NCBI GenBank assembly: GCA_044433115.1
Contig: JAWXTY010000017.1
Span: forward strand, 6,382 to 38,381
Origin: Opitutales bacterium
GTDB taxonomy: Bacteria; Verrucomicrobiota; Verrucomicrobiia; Opitutales; Intestinicryptomonadaceae
DNA: 32,000 nt
Direction: 5' to 3'
Position 1 is the stretch's first letter; each line of letters starts with the position of its first letter. Shown piece after piece: positions 1-7,449 of this stretch. The notes beneath the pieces are model-generated. The model made no database searches. It saw only the letters and a list, made by a program, of their open reading frames with translations, and had not been told where the DNA came from. The position numbers were made by a program, and so were the translations under genes.

Positions 1-504
1 ACATTAGATAGCCCAAGAAATTCTTGGTACTGCACTAAAAAGGATTATAAGGGCAATATGATTATTACTTTTTACTGGAAGTGGGGCAATGATATTCAAG
101 GTAATTCTGGTATGATGTTGCGTGCTGGTATAAATAAGAGACAGTGGCTAGATGGCATACAAGTTGAGATTGAGCAAGACCCAAATCGTGGCTGGACTGC
201 AGGTATTTATGGCGAAGGCGTGTTTAAGTGGCAATATTCTTTGTCGAGAGAAGAACACGACGCTGCAAGAAAAGCAGGAGCAAATTTATACGAGTGGAAC
301 AAGATGACAGTTATGTATAAAGATGGCTATGTTAAGACTTGGTCAAACGGCGTACCTTGTGCTAACTTAAAGTGGAACACAGACTTAGACACTGAAAGAC
401 GCCAACTTAACGACACAGATGTAATTGGTTTCCAAGTTCACTTCAACAAAAAAATCGAAGGCTCTCAAATCAAATTCAAAGACATAATGATTAAAGAACT
501 CTAA
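1..504 (+). CDS. DUF1080 (3-keto-disaccharide hydrolase-like) domain protein, 5'-truncated by the window edge
   Basis: Frame 1 is open from nt 1 (TLDSPRNSWYCTKKDYKGN precedes the Met at 58), with the stop at 502-504. GNSGMMLR, WTAGIYGEG, EWNKMTV, VIGFQVH and the C-terminal IKFKDIMIKEL follow the usual DUF1080 pattern (GNSGi.lR ... eWN ... iglQ.H ... v.fRnI.ikeL). Confidence 0.7.
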   Translation, partial: TLDSPRNSWYCTKKDYKGNMIITFYWKWGNDIQGNSGMMLRAGINKRQWLDGIQVEIEQDPNRGWTAGIYGEGVFKWQYSLSREEHDAARKAGANLYEWNKMTVMYKDGYVKTWSNGVPCANLKWNTDLDTERRQLNDTDVIGFQVHFNKKIEGSQIKFKDIMIKEL

Positions 505-524
505 AGAGCAAAGGCAATCAATAG

Positions 525-560
525 AAAAAGGAATAAGTTTTATGCTTATTCCTTTTTTTT
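525..560. terminator. Bidirectional intrinsic terminator between convergent genes
   Basis: AAAAAGGAATAAG (525-537) pairs with CTTATTCCTTTTT (545-557) around a 7-nt loop. An A-run precedes the stem and a T-run follows it (to 560). It lies between the DUF1080 gene (+) and the STAS gene (-). Confidence 0.7.
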
Positions 561-643
561 GGTGTGCCGAGTATGGCAATTAGCTAAGAGGCGAAAGTCC
601 TTAATGGAGGTTAGGGGCAAACTGCCCTTGCCTAAAATCTTTC

Positions 644-1123
644 TTAAATTTTACTAAGAAAAGATATAACGTCTTCGAATTTTTTGGCGTTATTGCTGTC
701 TGCTTCGACTAGGGATTTATGGGCTTCTAGCATAGCAGGCTTAGAAGAGGGGAGGGAGTCTAGGAAATTAGAGGGTTGAGCTTTTTCTTGGGGTTTTGTT
801 TCTATTTTAGTAATTTTGTCGATGCCGAGGTTTTGGACAACTTCGAGGTTACGTTCTTCGAGGTTAGTTAAAGATACGCAATCGAAAGAGCCATTTATCG
901 CCTTAAGTTTTATAGCGAGCTTGGCTATAATACCTAAAAATGTACTGTCTAGTCCAGTACATTCTTTAAGGTCGATGATTACATTTTTATATTTTGCTCT
1001 AATAATAGTGTCAAAAAATTCAGACACGCCCATACAGTTAAGGTAGCTAGCTCTGCCTTTGATGACGAGCTGAGCTTCCTTATCTTGGGTGTGGACTAAA
1101 TATTTTGTACTATCTTGAGCCAT
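644..1123 (-). CDS. STAS-domain protein (RsbV/SpoIIAA-like anti-sigma-factor antagonist) with a ~50-aa C-terminal extension
   Basis: 159 aa. The STAS-like core is VIIDLKECTGLDSTFLGII, in which the D-S of the GLDSTFLG motif sits where the phosphorylatable Ser of RsbV/SpoIIAA (iDSsGlg) lies. It starts 30 nt downstream of acnA on the same strand. Confidence 0.7.
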   Translation of the reverse strand: MAQDSTKYLVHTQDKEAQLVIKGRASYLNCMGVSEFFDTIIRAKYKNVIIDLKECTGLDSTFLGIIAKLAIKLKAINGSFDCVSLTNLEERNLEVVQNLGIDKITKIETKPQEKAQPSNFLDSLPSSKPAMLEAHKSLVEADSNNAKKFEDVISFLSKI

Positions 1124-1153
1124 TTTGTGTAATTATAATTATTAAGCTGATTA

Positions 1154-3793
1154 TTAAGCTAATATTTTGTCTAATACGTAAGGAAGGATACCGCCTGCTT
1201 GGTAGTATTCGATTTCCATAGGAGTATCTATACGTAAAAGTATGTCGACGTATTCAACACTTTCGTCAGCTCTTTCTATTTTAAGTTTAGCAGGGGCAGC
1301 AACTTCGATACCATTTGCTAACTCTATAGAGAACTTTTCTGTGCCATTTAGTGCTAGAGTATCTGCGTCAACGTCTCCTATAAATTCAAAAGGAAGGATA
1401 CCCATACCAACTAGGTTGCTTCTGTGTATTCTTTCGTAAGATTTTGCAATAACAGCTCTAACTCCCAACATAGAAGTACCTTTAGCAGCCCAGTCTCTTG
1501 AGCTACCCATACCATAGTCTCTGCCAGAGAAGATTATTAAGCCTTCGTCTTTGCTTGCGTATGATTGAGCTGCGTCGTAGATTAGAACGTCGTCGCCAGT
1601 GCCGTACATTTTAGTGTAGCCACCTTCACGTGGGGCAACGATTTTGTTTTTAATTCTAATATTTGCAAAAGTGCCACGAGACATAATTCTATCGTTGCCT
1701 CTTCTTGAGCCATAAGTATTGAAGTCTTTAACAGCTAAGCCCTTTTCACCCAAGAATTTAGCAGCTGCACTATCGAGAGATATAGCCCCTGCAGGAGAGA
1801 TGTGGTCAGTTGTTACGCTATCGCCGAATATCGCCAATGCACGCAAAGAGCCAAGTGTACGTTTCGCAGGGTCTGGCTTTTCAAAGAAAGGAGCTTCTTG
1901 AATGTAAGTACTATCTAAGTTCCAGTCGAATACAGGAGAGTTTTGGCACTCAACTTCTTGCCATTGCTTAGGTCCTAGCATATTTGAATATTGAGCCTTG
2001 AAGAACTCAGATTTTAGCCCCTTGTTCATCGCTTCTTGGATTTCAGCGTCAGTAGGCATAATATCCTTTAAGTACACTGCTTTACCACATTTTGTAGTTC
2101 CTATAGCTTCCTTTTCAAAATCTATATTTACTTTGCCAGCCAATGCAAATGCTACTACAAATGGAGGCGACATTAAGTAATTTGACTTAATTAGAGCGTG
2201 AACTCTCGCTTCAAAGTTTCTATTGCCAGAAAGAACACTAGCACAAACAAGGTTTTTGTCTTTAACAACCTTAGTGATTTCTTCGTCTATAGGACCAGAG
2301 TTACCAATACAAGTTGCACAGCCATATCCAGCTAAATTGAAACCAAGCTTGTCAAAATATTCTTGTAGACCTGCTTCTTTTAGGTAATCGCTAACAACTC
2401 TTGAACCAGGCGCTAGAGTAGTTTTAACGTATGCAGGAACTTCTAAGCCAAACTCGCAAGCCTTTTTCGCCAACAAGCCTGCACTTATTAATACAGAAGG
2501 GTTAGATGTATTTGTGCAACTGGTAATTGCTGCAATTAAGATAGAGCCATCGCCAATTTCGCCCTTAGCTGTAGCAGTTTTTTCTGAAGTAGCTTCAGGG
2601 AAAGACTCTGCAAATGCAGCCTTTGCTTGGAATAAATCTATTTTATCTTGAGGGCGTTTTGGACCCGAAATTGATGGGCTTATTTCGCTCAAATCTACTT
2701 CTAATAAAGTAGTATATTCGCAATCTTGAGCCTTAGGCATACCATATAAGCCTTGAGCCTTGTAGTAATCTTTAGCCAATTCAACTAACTTTTCGTCTCT
2801 GCCAGTTAGCTTCATATAGTCCATAGTTTGCTCGTCTATAGGGAAGTAGCCCATAGTTGCACCATATTCAGGAGCCATATTTGCAACAGTTGCCCTATCT
2901 GCAAGAGATAGATTTTTAGCCCCCTCGCCAATATATTCAACAAATTTACCCACTACCTTTTGTTCTCTCAAAAGCTTAGTCATATGTAAAGCTAAGTCTG
3001 TTGCGTTTGTGCCTTCTGGAAGTTTACCCTTTAGGTTTACGCCCACAACTTCAGGTACTTTGAAATATATAGGTTGACCAAGCATACCAGCTTCAGCCTC
3101 AATACCACCTACGCCCCAAGCGACAACGCCCAAGCCATTAATCATAGTAGTGTGTGAGTCTGTGCCAACTAGAGTGTCTGGATATAAAATATTTTTGCCA
3201 TTTTCTTCTTTTTCAAATACTAGCTTTGCCAAATATTCCAAATTAACTTGGTGGCAAATACCTATAGAAGGAGCTACCACTGAAAATGTATTAAATGCTT
3301 GCTGACCCCACTTTAAAAACTCGTAACGCTCTTGATTTCTTGAAAATTCCATATCCAAGTTTTTAGTATAAGAGTCAGATTTTCCAAAAGCGTCCATTTG
3401 AACAGAGTGGTCTATAACCAAGTCTACAGGTACTAATGGTTCAACCAACTCAGGGTTCTTGCCTCTACGCTTTGCCTCAGACCTCATTGCAGCTAAGTCC
3501 ACAACTAGAGGCACACCAGTTAAGTCTTGCAAGATAATTCTTGAAACCACAAAAGGAATTTCAAAGTCGCCAGTGTCTTTTGCATTATAGCTAGCCAAGT
3601 TATGCACGTCCTGCTCGCTTGCTAAACCATTGAAATACGCCCTTAGCACACTTTCTAAGACAACCCTAATTGAAACAGGTAATCTATGTAAATTAGGATA
3701 AATCTCTCCTAGCTTTGCCAAGCTGTATACAAAAGAGCTTTTGCCCGCATTCTCAGTTTTTAGTTCTACTAAACAATCCTTAATATTACTCAT
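1154..3793 (-). CDS. acnA: Aconitate hydratase A
   Basis: 879 aa with full-length aconitase A architecture. Typical blocks include ILQDLTGVP, VGTDSHTTM, TSCTNTSNP, GCATCIGNSG, SGNRNFEAR and the swivel-domain DHISPAG. Confidence 0.95.
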   Translation of the reverse strand: MSNIKDCLVELKTENAGKSSFVYSLAKLGEIYPNLHRLPVSIRVVLESVLRAYFNGLASEQDVHNLASYNAKDTGDFEIPFVVSRIILQDLTGVPLVVDLAAMRSEAKRRGKNPELVEPLVPVDLVIDHSVQMDAFGKSDSYTKNLDMEFSRNQERYEFLKWGQQAFNTFSVVAPSIGICHQVNLEYLAKLVFEKEENGKNILYPDTLVGTDSHTTMINGLGVVAWGVGGIEAEAGMLGQPIYFKVPEVVGVNLKGKLPEGTNATDLALHMTKLLREQKVVGKFVEYIGEGAKNLSLADRATVANMAPEYGATMGYFPIDEQTMDYMKLTGRDEKLVELAKDYYKAQGLYGMPKAQDCEYTTLLEVDLSEISPSISGPKRPQDKIDLFQAKAAFAESFPEATSEKTATAKGEIGDGSILIAAITSCTNTSNPSVLISAGLLAKKACEFGLEVPAYVKTTLAPGSRVVSDYLKEAGLQEYFDKLGFNLAGYGCATCIGNSGPIDEEITKVVKDKNLVCASVLSGNRNFEARVHALIKSNYLMSPPFVVAFALAGKVNIDFEKEAIGTTKCGKAVYLKDIMPTDAEIQEAMNKGLKSEFFKAQYSNMLGPKQWQEVECQNSPVFDWNLDSTYIQEAPFFEKPDPAKRTLGSLRALAIFGDSVTTDHISPAGAISLDSAAAKFLGEKGLAVKDFNTYGSRRGNDRIMSRGTFANIRIKNKIVAPREGGYTKMYGTGDDVLIYDAAQSYASKDEGLIIFSGRDYGMGSSRDWAAKGTSMLGVRAVIAKSYERIHRSNLVGMGILPFEFIGDVDADTLALNGTEKFSIELANGIEVAAPAKLKIERADESVEYVDILLRIDTPMEIEYYQAGGILPYVLDKILA

Positions 3794-3881
3794 AATCTTT
3801 GCCTTTTGGAGCTATGTAAAAATTAGCTCGTCCTTTTATTCTAAGTCTCAAAAGTAGGGTAAAAACCCTATTTATAAGTCA

Positions 3882-3910
3882 AATATAGAAAATTTATGCC
3901 GAAATTCCAA
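3882..3910 (-). promoter_or_regulatory. Candidate sigma70-type promoter for acnA (TTGGAA-17 nt-TATATT on the minus strand)
   Basis: The reverse complement of 3905-3910 is TTGGAA and that of 3882-3887 is TATATT, with a 17-nt spacer. The ~80-nt leader would contain the hairpin TAGGGT-TTTT-ACCCTA (3855-3870) and the GCTAATTTTTA...CTCC motif (3808-3827). Sequence pattern only. Confidence 0.3.
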
Positions 3911-4020
3911 GAAAATATTTAAATTATTGCAAAAAAATGTTGAAAAATTGTCATATCTCAAAATAATACTAGCTTAATTATATTATTGGCGACTTTAAAA
4001 AATTAGTTTCTAAAAAGATA

Positions 4021-4239
4021 AGAAAGAACACACTTGCTCTTTTTTGCCTATTTTATTCTAATTTCTTCTGTTTTCTCCTTAGATAACGCTGTTATCCTCC
4101 TTGAAAACATAAAAAATTATCTTTAAAATAATCTAAAAAATAGCTAAGTGCTAATTTTTTAAAATCACCTTATTAAATATGTAGCTACAAAAAGAAAAGC
4201 TACACTACAACTTGGATTATTTAACCTAGGAATAAAAAA
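4021..4239 (+). repeat. Intergenic promoter/leader cassette, copy A (upstream of yebC)
   Basis: Collinear with the reverse complement of 29508-29680 and with 25361-25585. Exact 24-nt (4031-4054) and 35-nt (4125-4159) identities are shared with copy B. Confidence 0.8.
4101..4129 (+). promoter_or_regulatory. Candidate sigma70-type promoter inside cassette A (TTGAAA-17 nt-TAAAAT) pointing at yebC
   Basis: TTGAAA is at 4101-4106, the spacer is 17 nt, and TAAAAT is at 4124-4129. Equivalent hexamers sit at the same cassette positions in copy B (29570-29598, minus) and copy C (25436-25464, plus). Confidence 0.4.
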
Positions 4240-4983
4240 ATGTCAGGACATAGTAAATGGGCAACAACTAAACGCCACAAGGCAGCAATAGATTCAAAAA
4301 GAGGCAAAATATTTAGCGTTTTGAGTAAGGATATTACTCTTTCAGCTAGAGATGGCGGCGGCGACTTGAACTTTAACCCACGTTTAAGAACTCTCGTAGC
4401 AAAGGCTAAGGCAAGCAATATGCCAGCTGATAATATTGATAGAGCTATCAAAAAGGGTACAGGTGAAATCCCTGGCGTGGTTTACGAACAACTTCTGTAT
4501 GAAGGTTATTCTGTTGGTGGCGTTGGTATTATCGTAGAAGTTACTACTGAAAATAAAAATCGCTCTGCTGGTGAAGTTAGATCTGCTTTCACTAAATGTG
4601 GTGGCTCTCTAGCTACTCAAGGTGCTTTGCAATTCAATTTCAATAAGCAAGGTCAATTCATTATCTCTGCTGAAGATACTACTGAAGACCAACTAATGGA
4701 AATCACTTTAGAAGCTAATGCTGAAGATATTAAAAACAATGGCGACCACTTTGAAGTTCTTTGTGGCATTGCTGATTATGACAATATGTCTAAGGTTTTA
4801 GAAGACGCTGGTATTAAATGTGCCGACTCTAACTTAGCTTGGATACCAAGTACTCTAGTTGAAGTTACTGACAAAGACGTAGCTAAAAAGGTTATGAAAC
4901 TAGTAGACCTTCTTGAGTCTTTAGACGACGTTCAAGAAGTATATTCTAACTACGATATAGACGACGCTCTTTTAGAAGGTTAA
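4240..4983 (+). CDS. yebC: YebC/PmpR family DNA-binding transcriptional regulator
   Basis: 247 aa. The N-terminus [25 protein letters not shown] and the block [17 protein letters not shown] are the family signature. Confidence 0.9.
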   Translation: MSGHSKWATTKRHKAAIDSKRGKIFSVLSKDITLSARDGGGDLNFNPRLRTLVAKAKASNMPADNIDRAIKKGTGEIPGVVYEQLLYEGYSVGGVGIIVEVTTENKNRSAGEVRSAFTKCGGSLATQGALQFNFNKQGQFIISAEDTTEDQLMEITLEANAEDIKNNGDHFEVLCGIADYDNMSKVLEDAGIKCADSNLAWIPSTLVEVTDKDVAKKVMKLVDLLESLDDVQEVYSNYDIDDALLEG

Positions 4984-4985
4984 TT

Positions 4986-6377
4986 ATGGGAAAAACTTTA
5001 TTTGAAAAAGTTTGGCAAAAGCACGCTGTTAAAGAATTAGCAGATGGCTCTACCCAACTATTTATAGGAACTCACCTCCTACACGAGGTTACTAGCCCTC
5101 AAGCATTTGGTATGCTTCGCTCTTTAGGCTTAAAGGTGCGTTATCCAAATCGCTCTTTTGCAACAGTAGACCACATTATCCCTACAACTGACACAGCTGA
5201 ACCTTATTCAGATAAGTTCGCATACGAAATGTTAGAGCATATCAGAAAGAATTGTGCCGATAATGGAATTAAGTTCTTTGACGTAAATGGTGGGCAAGGC
5301 GTAATCCACATCGTTATGCCAGAACAAGGTATCATTCACCCTGGTATGACTGTTGCTTGTGGAGATAGCCACACTGCAACTCACGGAGCTTTTGGGGCTG
5401 TTGCCTTTGGTATAGGCACAAGCCAAGTTCGTAATGTTCTTGCTACTCAAACTTTGTCTTTCAAAAAACTTAAGGTTAGACGTATTGAAGTTAATGGCAA
5501 GCTCAGCGATGGCGTTTATGCAAAGGACGTAGCTCTATATATTATTAGAAAGCTCGGCGTAAATGGTGGTATAGGCTATGCTTACGAATTTGCAGGCGAG
5601 GTATTCGACGATATGGATATGGAAGGCAGAATGACTGTTTGTAATATGGCTATCGAAGGTGGGGCAAGAGTTGGATACATAAACCCAGACCAAAAAACTT
5701 TCGACTACCTAAAGGGCAGACCTTATGCTCCGAAATCTGAAGATTGGGACAAAAACGTTCAAGAGTGGAAGGCAATCGCCTCTGACGCTGACGCAGTTTA
5801 TGACGACCTAATTAAGTACGACGCAAAGGATATACTCCCTACTCTAACTTGGGGCGTAAACCCTTCTCAAGCAATTTTCATAAACGAAAATATCCCTAAT
5901 CCTGAAGATATTTCTGACCCAGTAGAAAAGAAAGAAGCTCTCGAAGCCCTCTCTTATATGAAGTTAGAAGCAGGAAGCCCTATAGAAAAAACTCCTATCA
6001 ATGTTGCTTTCATAGGCTCTTGCACTAATGGCAGAATTAGCGACTTCGAAGAAGCTGCAAAATACCTTAAAGGCAAAAAAGTTGCACCTAATGTTAGAGC
6101 ATTAGCTGTCCCTGGCTCTCAAATCGTAAAAGAAATTGCAGAGGCAAAAGGCTTAGACAAGATATTTATCGAAGCTGGCTTCGAATGGAGAAACGCAGGT
6201 TGCTCTATGTGCTTGGCAATGAATGCAGACAAACTTAAAGGCGACGAACTTTGTGCTTCTAGCTCAAACAGAAACTTTAAAGGCAGACAAGGTAGCCCAA
6301 CTGGCAGAACTGTACTTATGAGCCCTAGAATGGTAGCGTCTTCTGCTATAGCCGGCTTCATCACTTATGGGGCGTAA
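4986..6377 (+). CDS. leuC: 3-isopropylmalate dehydratase large subunit
   Basis: 463 aa. [36 protein letters not shown] and [11 protein letters not shown] are LeuC/aconitase-family Fe-S ligand blocks. The start lies 2 nt after the yebC stop. Confidence 0.9.
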   Translation: MGKTLFEKVWQKHAVKELADGSTQLFIGTHLLHEVTSPQAFGMLRSLGLKVRYPNRSFATVDHIIPTTDTAEPYSDKFAYEMLEHIRKNCADNGIKFFDVNGGQGVIHIVMPEQGIIHPGMTVACGDSHTATHGAFGAVAFGIGTSQVRNVLATQTLSFKKLKVRRIEVNGKLSDGVYAKDVALYIIRKLGVNGGIGYAYEFAGEVFDDMDMEGRMTVCNMAIEGGARVGYINPDQKTFDYLKGRPYAPKSEDWDKNVQEWKAIASDADAVYDDLIKYDAKDILPTLTWGVNPSQAIFINENIPNPEDISDPVEKKEALEALSYMKLEAGSPIEKTPINVAFIGSCTNGRISDFEEAAKYLKGKKVAPNVRALAVPGSQIVKEIAEAKGLDKIFIEAGFEWRNAGCSMCLAMNADKLKGDELCASSSNRNFKGRQGSPTGRTVLMSPRMVASSAIAGFITYGA

Positions 6378-6545
6378 TATTGCCCTTGATGCTCCGTTTT
6401 GAGGATTTTTGAGACTCTCACGTACAATAAGTACGCTTCGACCCTCAAAAATCCTCAAATACTCGCCTGAAGGGCAATCTTAGGCCCCATCAAAAATTTT
6501 GCTTTCGCAAATTTTTGGTCGGAAAAACTGATTGTGTTTTGGGCA
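6369..6545. repeat. Nested-hairpin intergenic element, copy 1 (long imperfect hairpin 6369-6488, small A/T-flanked hairpin 6491-6517, then a tail)
   Basis: The basal arms GGGGCGTAATATTGCCCTT / AAGGGCAATCTTAGGCCCC, middle arms GAGGATTTTTGAG / CTCAAAAATCCTC and apical CGTAC-AATAA-GTACG form a nested hairpin. The leuC stop codon (6375-6377) lies inside the basal stem. Confidence 0.85.
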
Positions 6546-6700
6546 GTTTACTTTAGGGATTTTTTGGACTCTCACGTACAATAAGTACGCTTCGACCCTC
6601 AAAAATTCTCAAATACTCGCCTGAAGGGCAATCTTAGGCCCCATCAAAAATTTTGCTATAGGCAAATTTTTGCTTGGGAAAGCTGATTGCGTTTTGGGTG
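6546..6700. repeat. Nested-hairpin intergenic element, copy 2 (left basal arm missing or degenerate)
   Basis: The core ACTCTCACGTACAATAAGTACGCTTCGACCCTCAAAAAT recurs 154 nt after copy 1 (6414 vs 6568). The right arm GAAGGGCAATCTTAGGCCCC and the small hairpin CAAAAATTTTGC...GCAAATTTTTG are retained. Confidence 0.8.
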
Positions 6701-6732
6701 ATTAAAGAAATTTAAAAATAAAAGGATAAAAT

Positions 6733-6945
6733 ATGCCAACTTATGATTATCACTGTTCTAGCTGTAATGAGACTATGGAAATTTTCCATTCTATGACTCA
6801 GCCCGACGAAACTATATGCCCTAAGTGCAAAAAACCAACGCTTAAAAAAGCAGTTGGCAATGGCTCTGGCGTTATATTTCACGGAAGTGGCTACTACTGC
6901 ACAGATTATAAGAAAAAATCTGCAGGCACAAAAGCTAAAAAATAA
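6733..6945 (+). CDS. FmdB/CxxC_CxxC_SSSS family zinc-ribbon protein
   Basis: 70 aa. MPTYDYHCSSCNETMEIF...ETICPKCKKPTLKK carries the two CxxC pairs and the N-terminal MP.YdY.C..C signature of the family. Confidence 0.8.
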   Translation: MPTYDYHCSSCNETMEIFHSMTQPDETICPKCKKPTLKKAVGNGSGVIFHGSGYYCTDYKKKSAGTKAKK

Positions 6946-7093
6946 GGGGCTTAAAATTGCCCTTGATGCTCCGTTTCGGGATTTTTTTGAACTCTCACGT
7001 ACAATAAGTACGCTTCGACCCCAAAAAAATCCTAAATACTCGCCTGAAGGGCAATTTTAAGCCCCTTCAAAAATTTGCTAAGGCAAATTTTTT
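6946..7093. repeat. Nested-hairpin intergenic element, copy 3 (perfect 19-bp basal stem)
   Basis: GGGGCTTAAAATTGCCCTT (6946-6964) is the exact reverse complement of AAGGGCAATTTTAAGCCCC (7047-7065). It is followed by CAAAAATTTGC-TAAG-GCAAATTTTTT (7068-7093). It starts on the nucleotide after the zinc-ribbon gene stop. Confidence 0.85.
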
Positions 7094-7449
7094 AGTAGTC
7101 TTTAAGAATTATTGTCTACTTAAGGCTTTAAAAAGCTCCACCCTTTGCACCCTCAAGTGCAAAGCCTAAAATTTTAAATAAAAAAATGTAATTAACTTGA
7201 AAAATATCCTTATTTTTCAATGGATGGGGATTTTGTTGATTTATCTTTAATGCTTGCATTAATTTAAATCAACAAAATGAAGAGTGGGCAACCGACTAGC
7301 ACCCCTAAGAAAACACTCTAATATACAAACGCCAACAAAAACTATGGTATCAAGTGCCTCACTTGTTTCAGGTTTTAAGGGCTGAAACCAAGCCCTTAAT
7401 GGGGTTTGGGGCAAAGCCCCAATATCTCTAAATCTTTCTTGATCTTTTA

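Noticed and set aside
4082-4096. Fur-box-like reading of the GATAAC...GTTATC / GATAAT..ATTATC palindromes in the cassette.
   Set aside because: The spacing between half-sites varies (2-3 nt) among copies and differs from the 7-1-7 Fur arrangement. The downstream genes are not iron-related. Hairpin covariation is the simpler description.
4221-4451. A 76-aa minus-strand ORF overlapping the yebC start.
   Set aside because: It is antisense to the highly conserved YebC N-terminus, has no recognisable motif, and would start inside yebC coding sequence.
6854-7060. A 68-aa plus-strand ORF, together with the 64-aa and 81-aa minus-strand ORFs at 6264-6458 and 6119-6364.
   Set aside because: They overlap the zinc-ribbon or leuC genes and then read straight through the hairpin repeat elements. 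The reading frames are not preserved between repeat copies, so the repeats are non-coding.
6369-7093. Possible CRISPR array, given repeated units with intervening sequence.
   Set aside because: The repeat units are ~150 nt and imperfect, not 25-40 nt exact repeats. One of the apparent spacers is a conserved zinc-ribbon gene, and there are no cas genes or leader in the window.
7096-7449. A tRNA, tmRNA, SRP RNA or RNase P RNA gene in the long ORF-free gap. Also a 15-codon ATG-initiated frame at 7220.
   Set aside because: I found no T-loop (GTTCRANYC), no acceptor/anticodon cloverleaf geometry and no SRP or RNase P conserved boxes. The 15-codon frame has no ribosome-binding site and sits inside a perfect hairpin.
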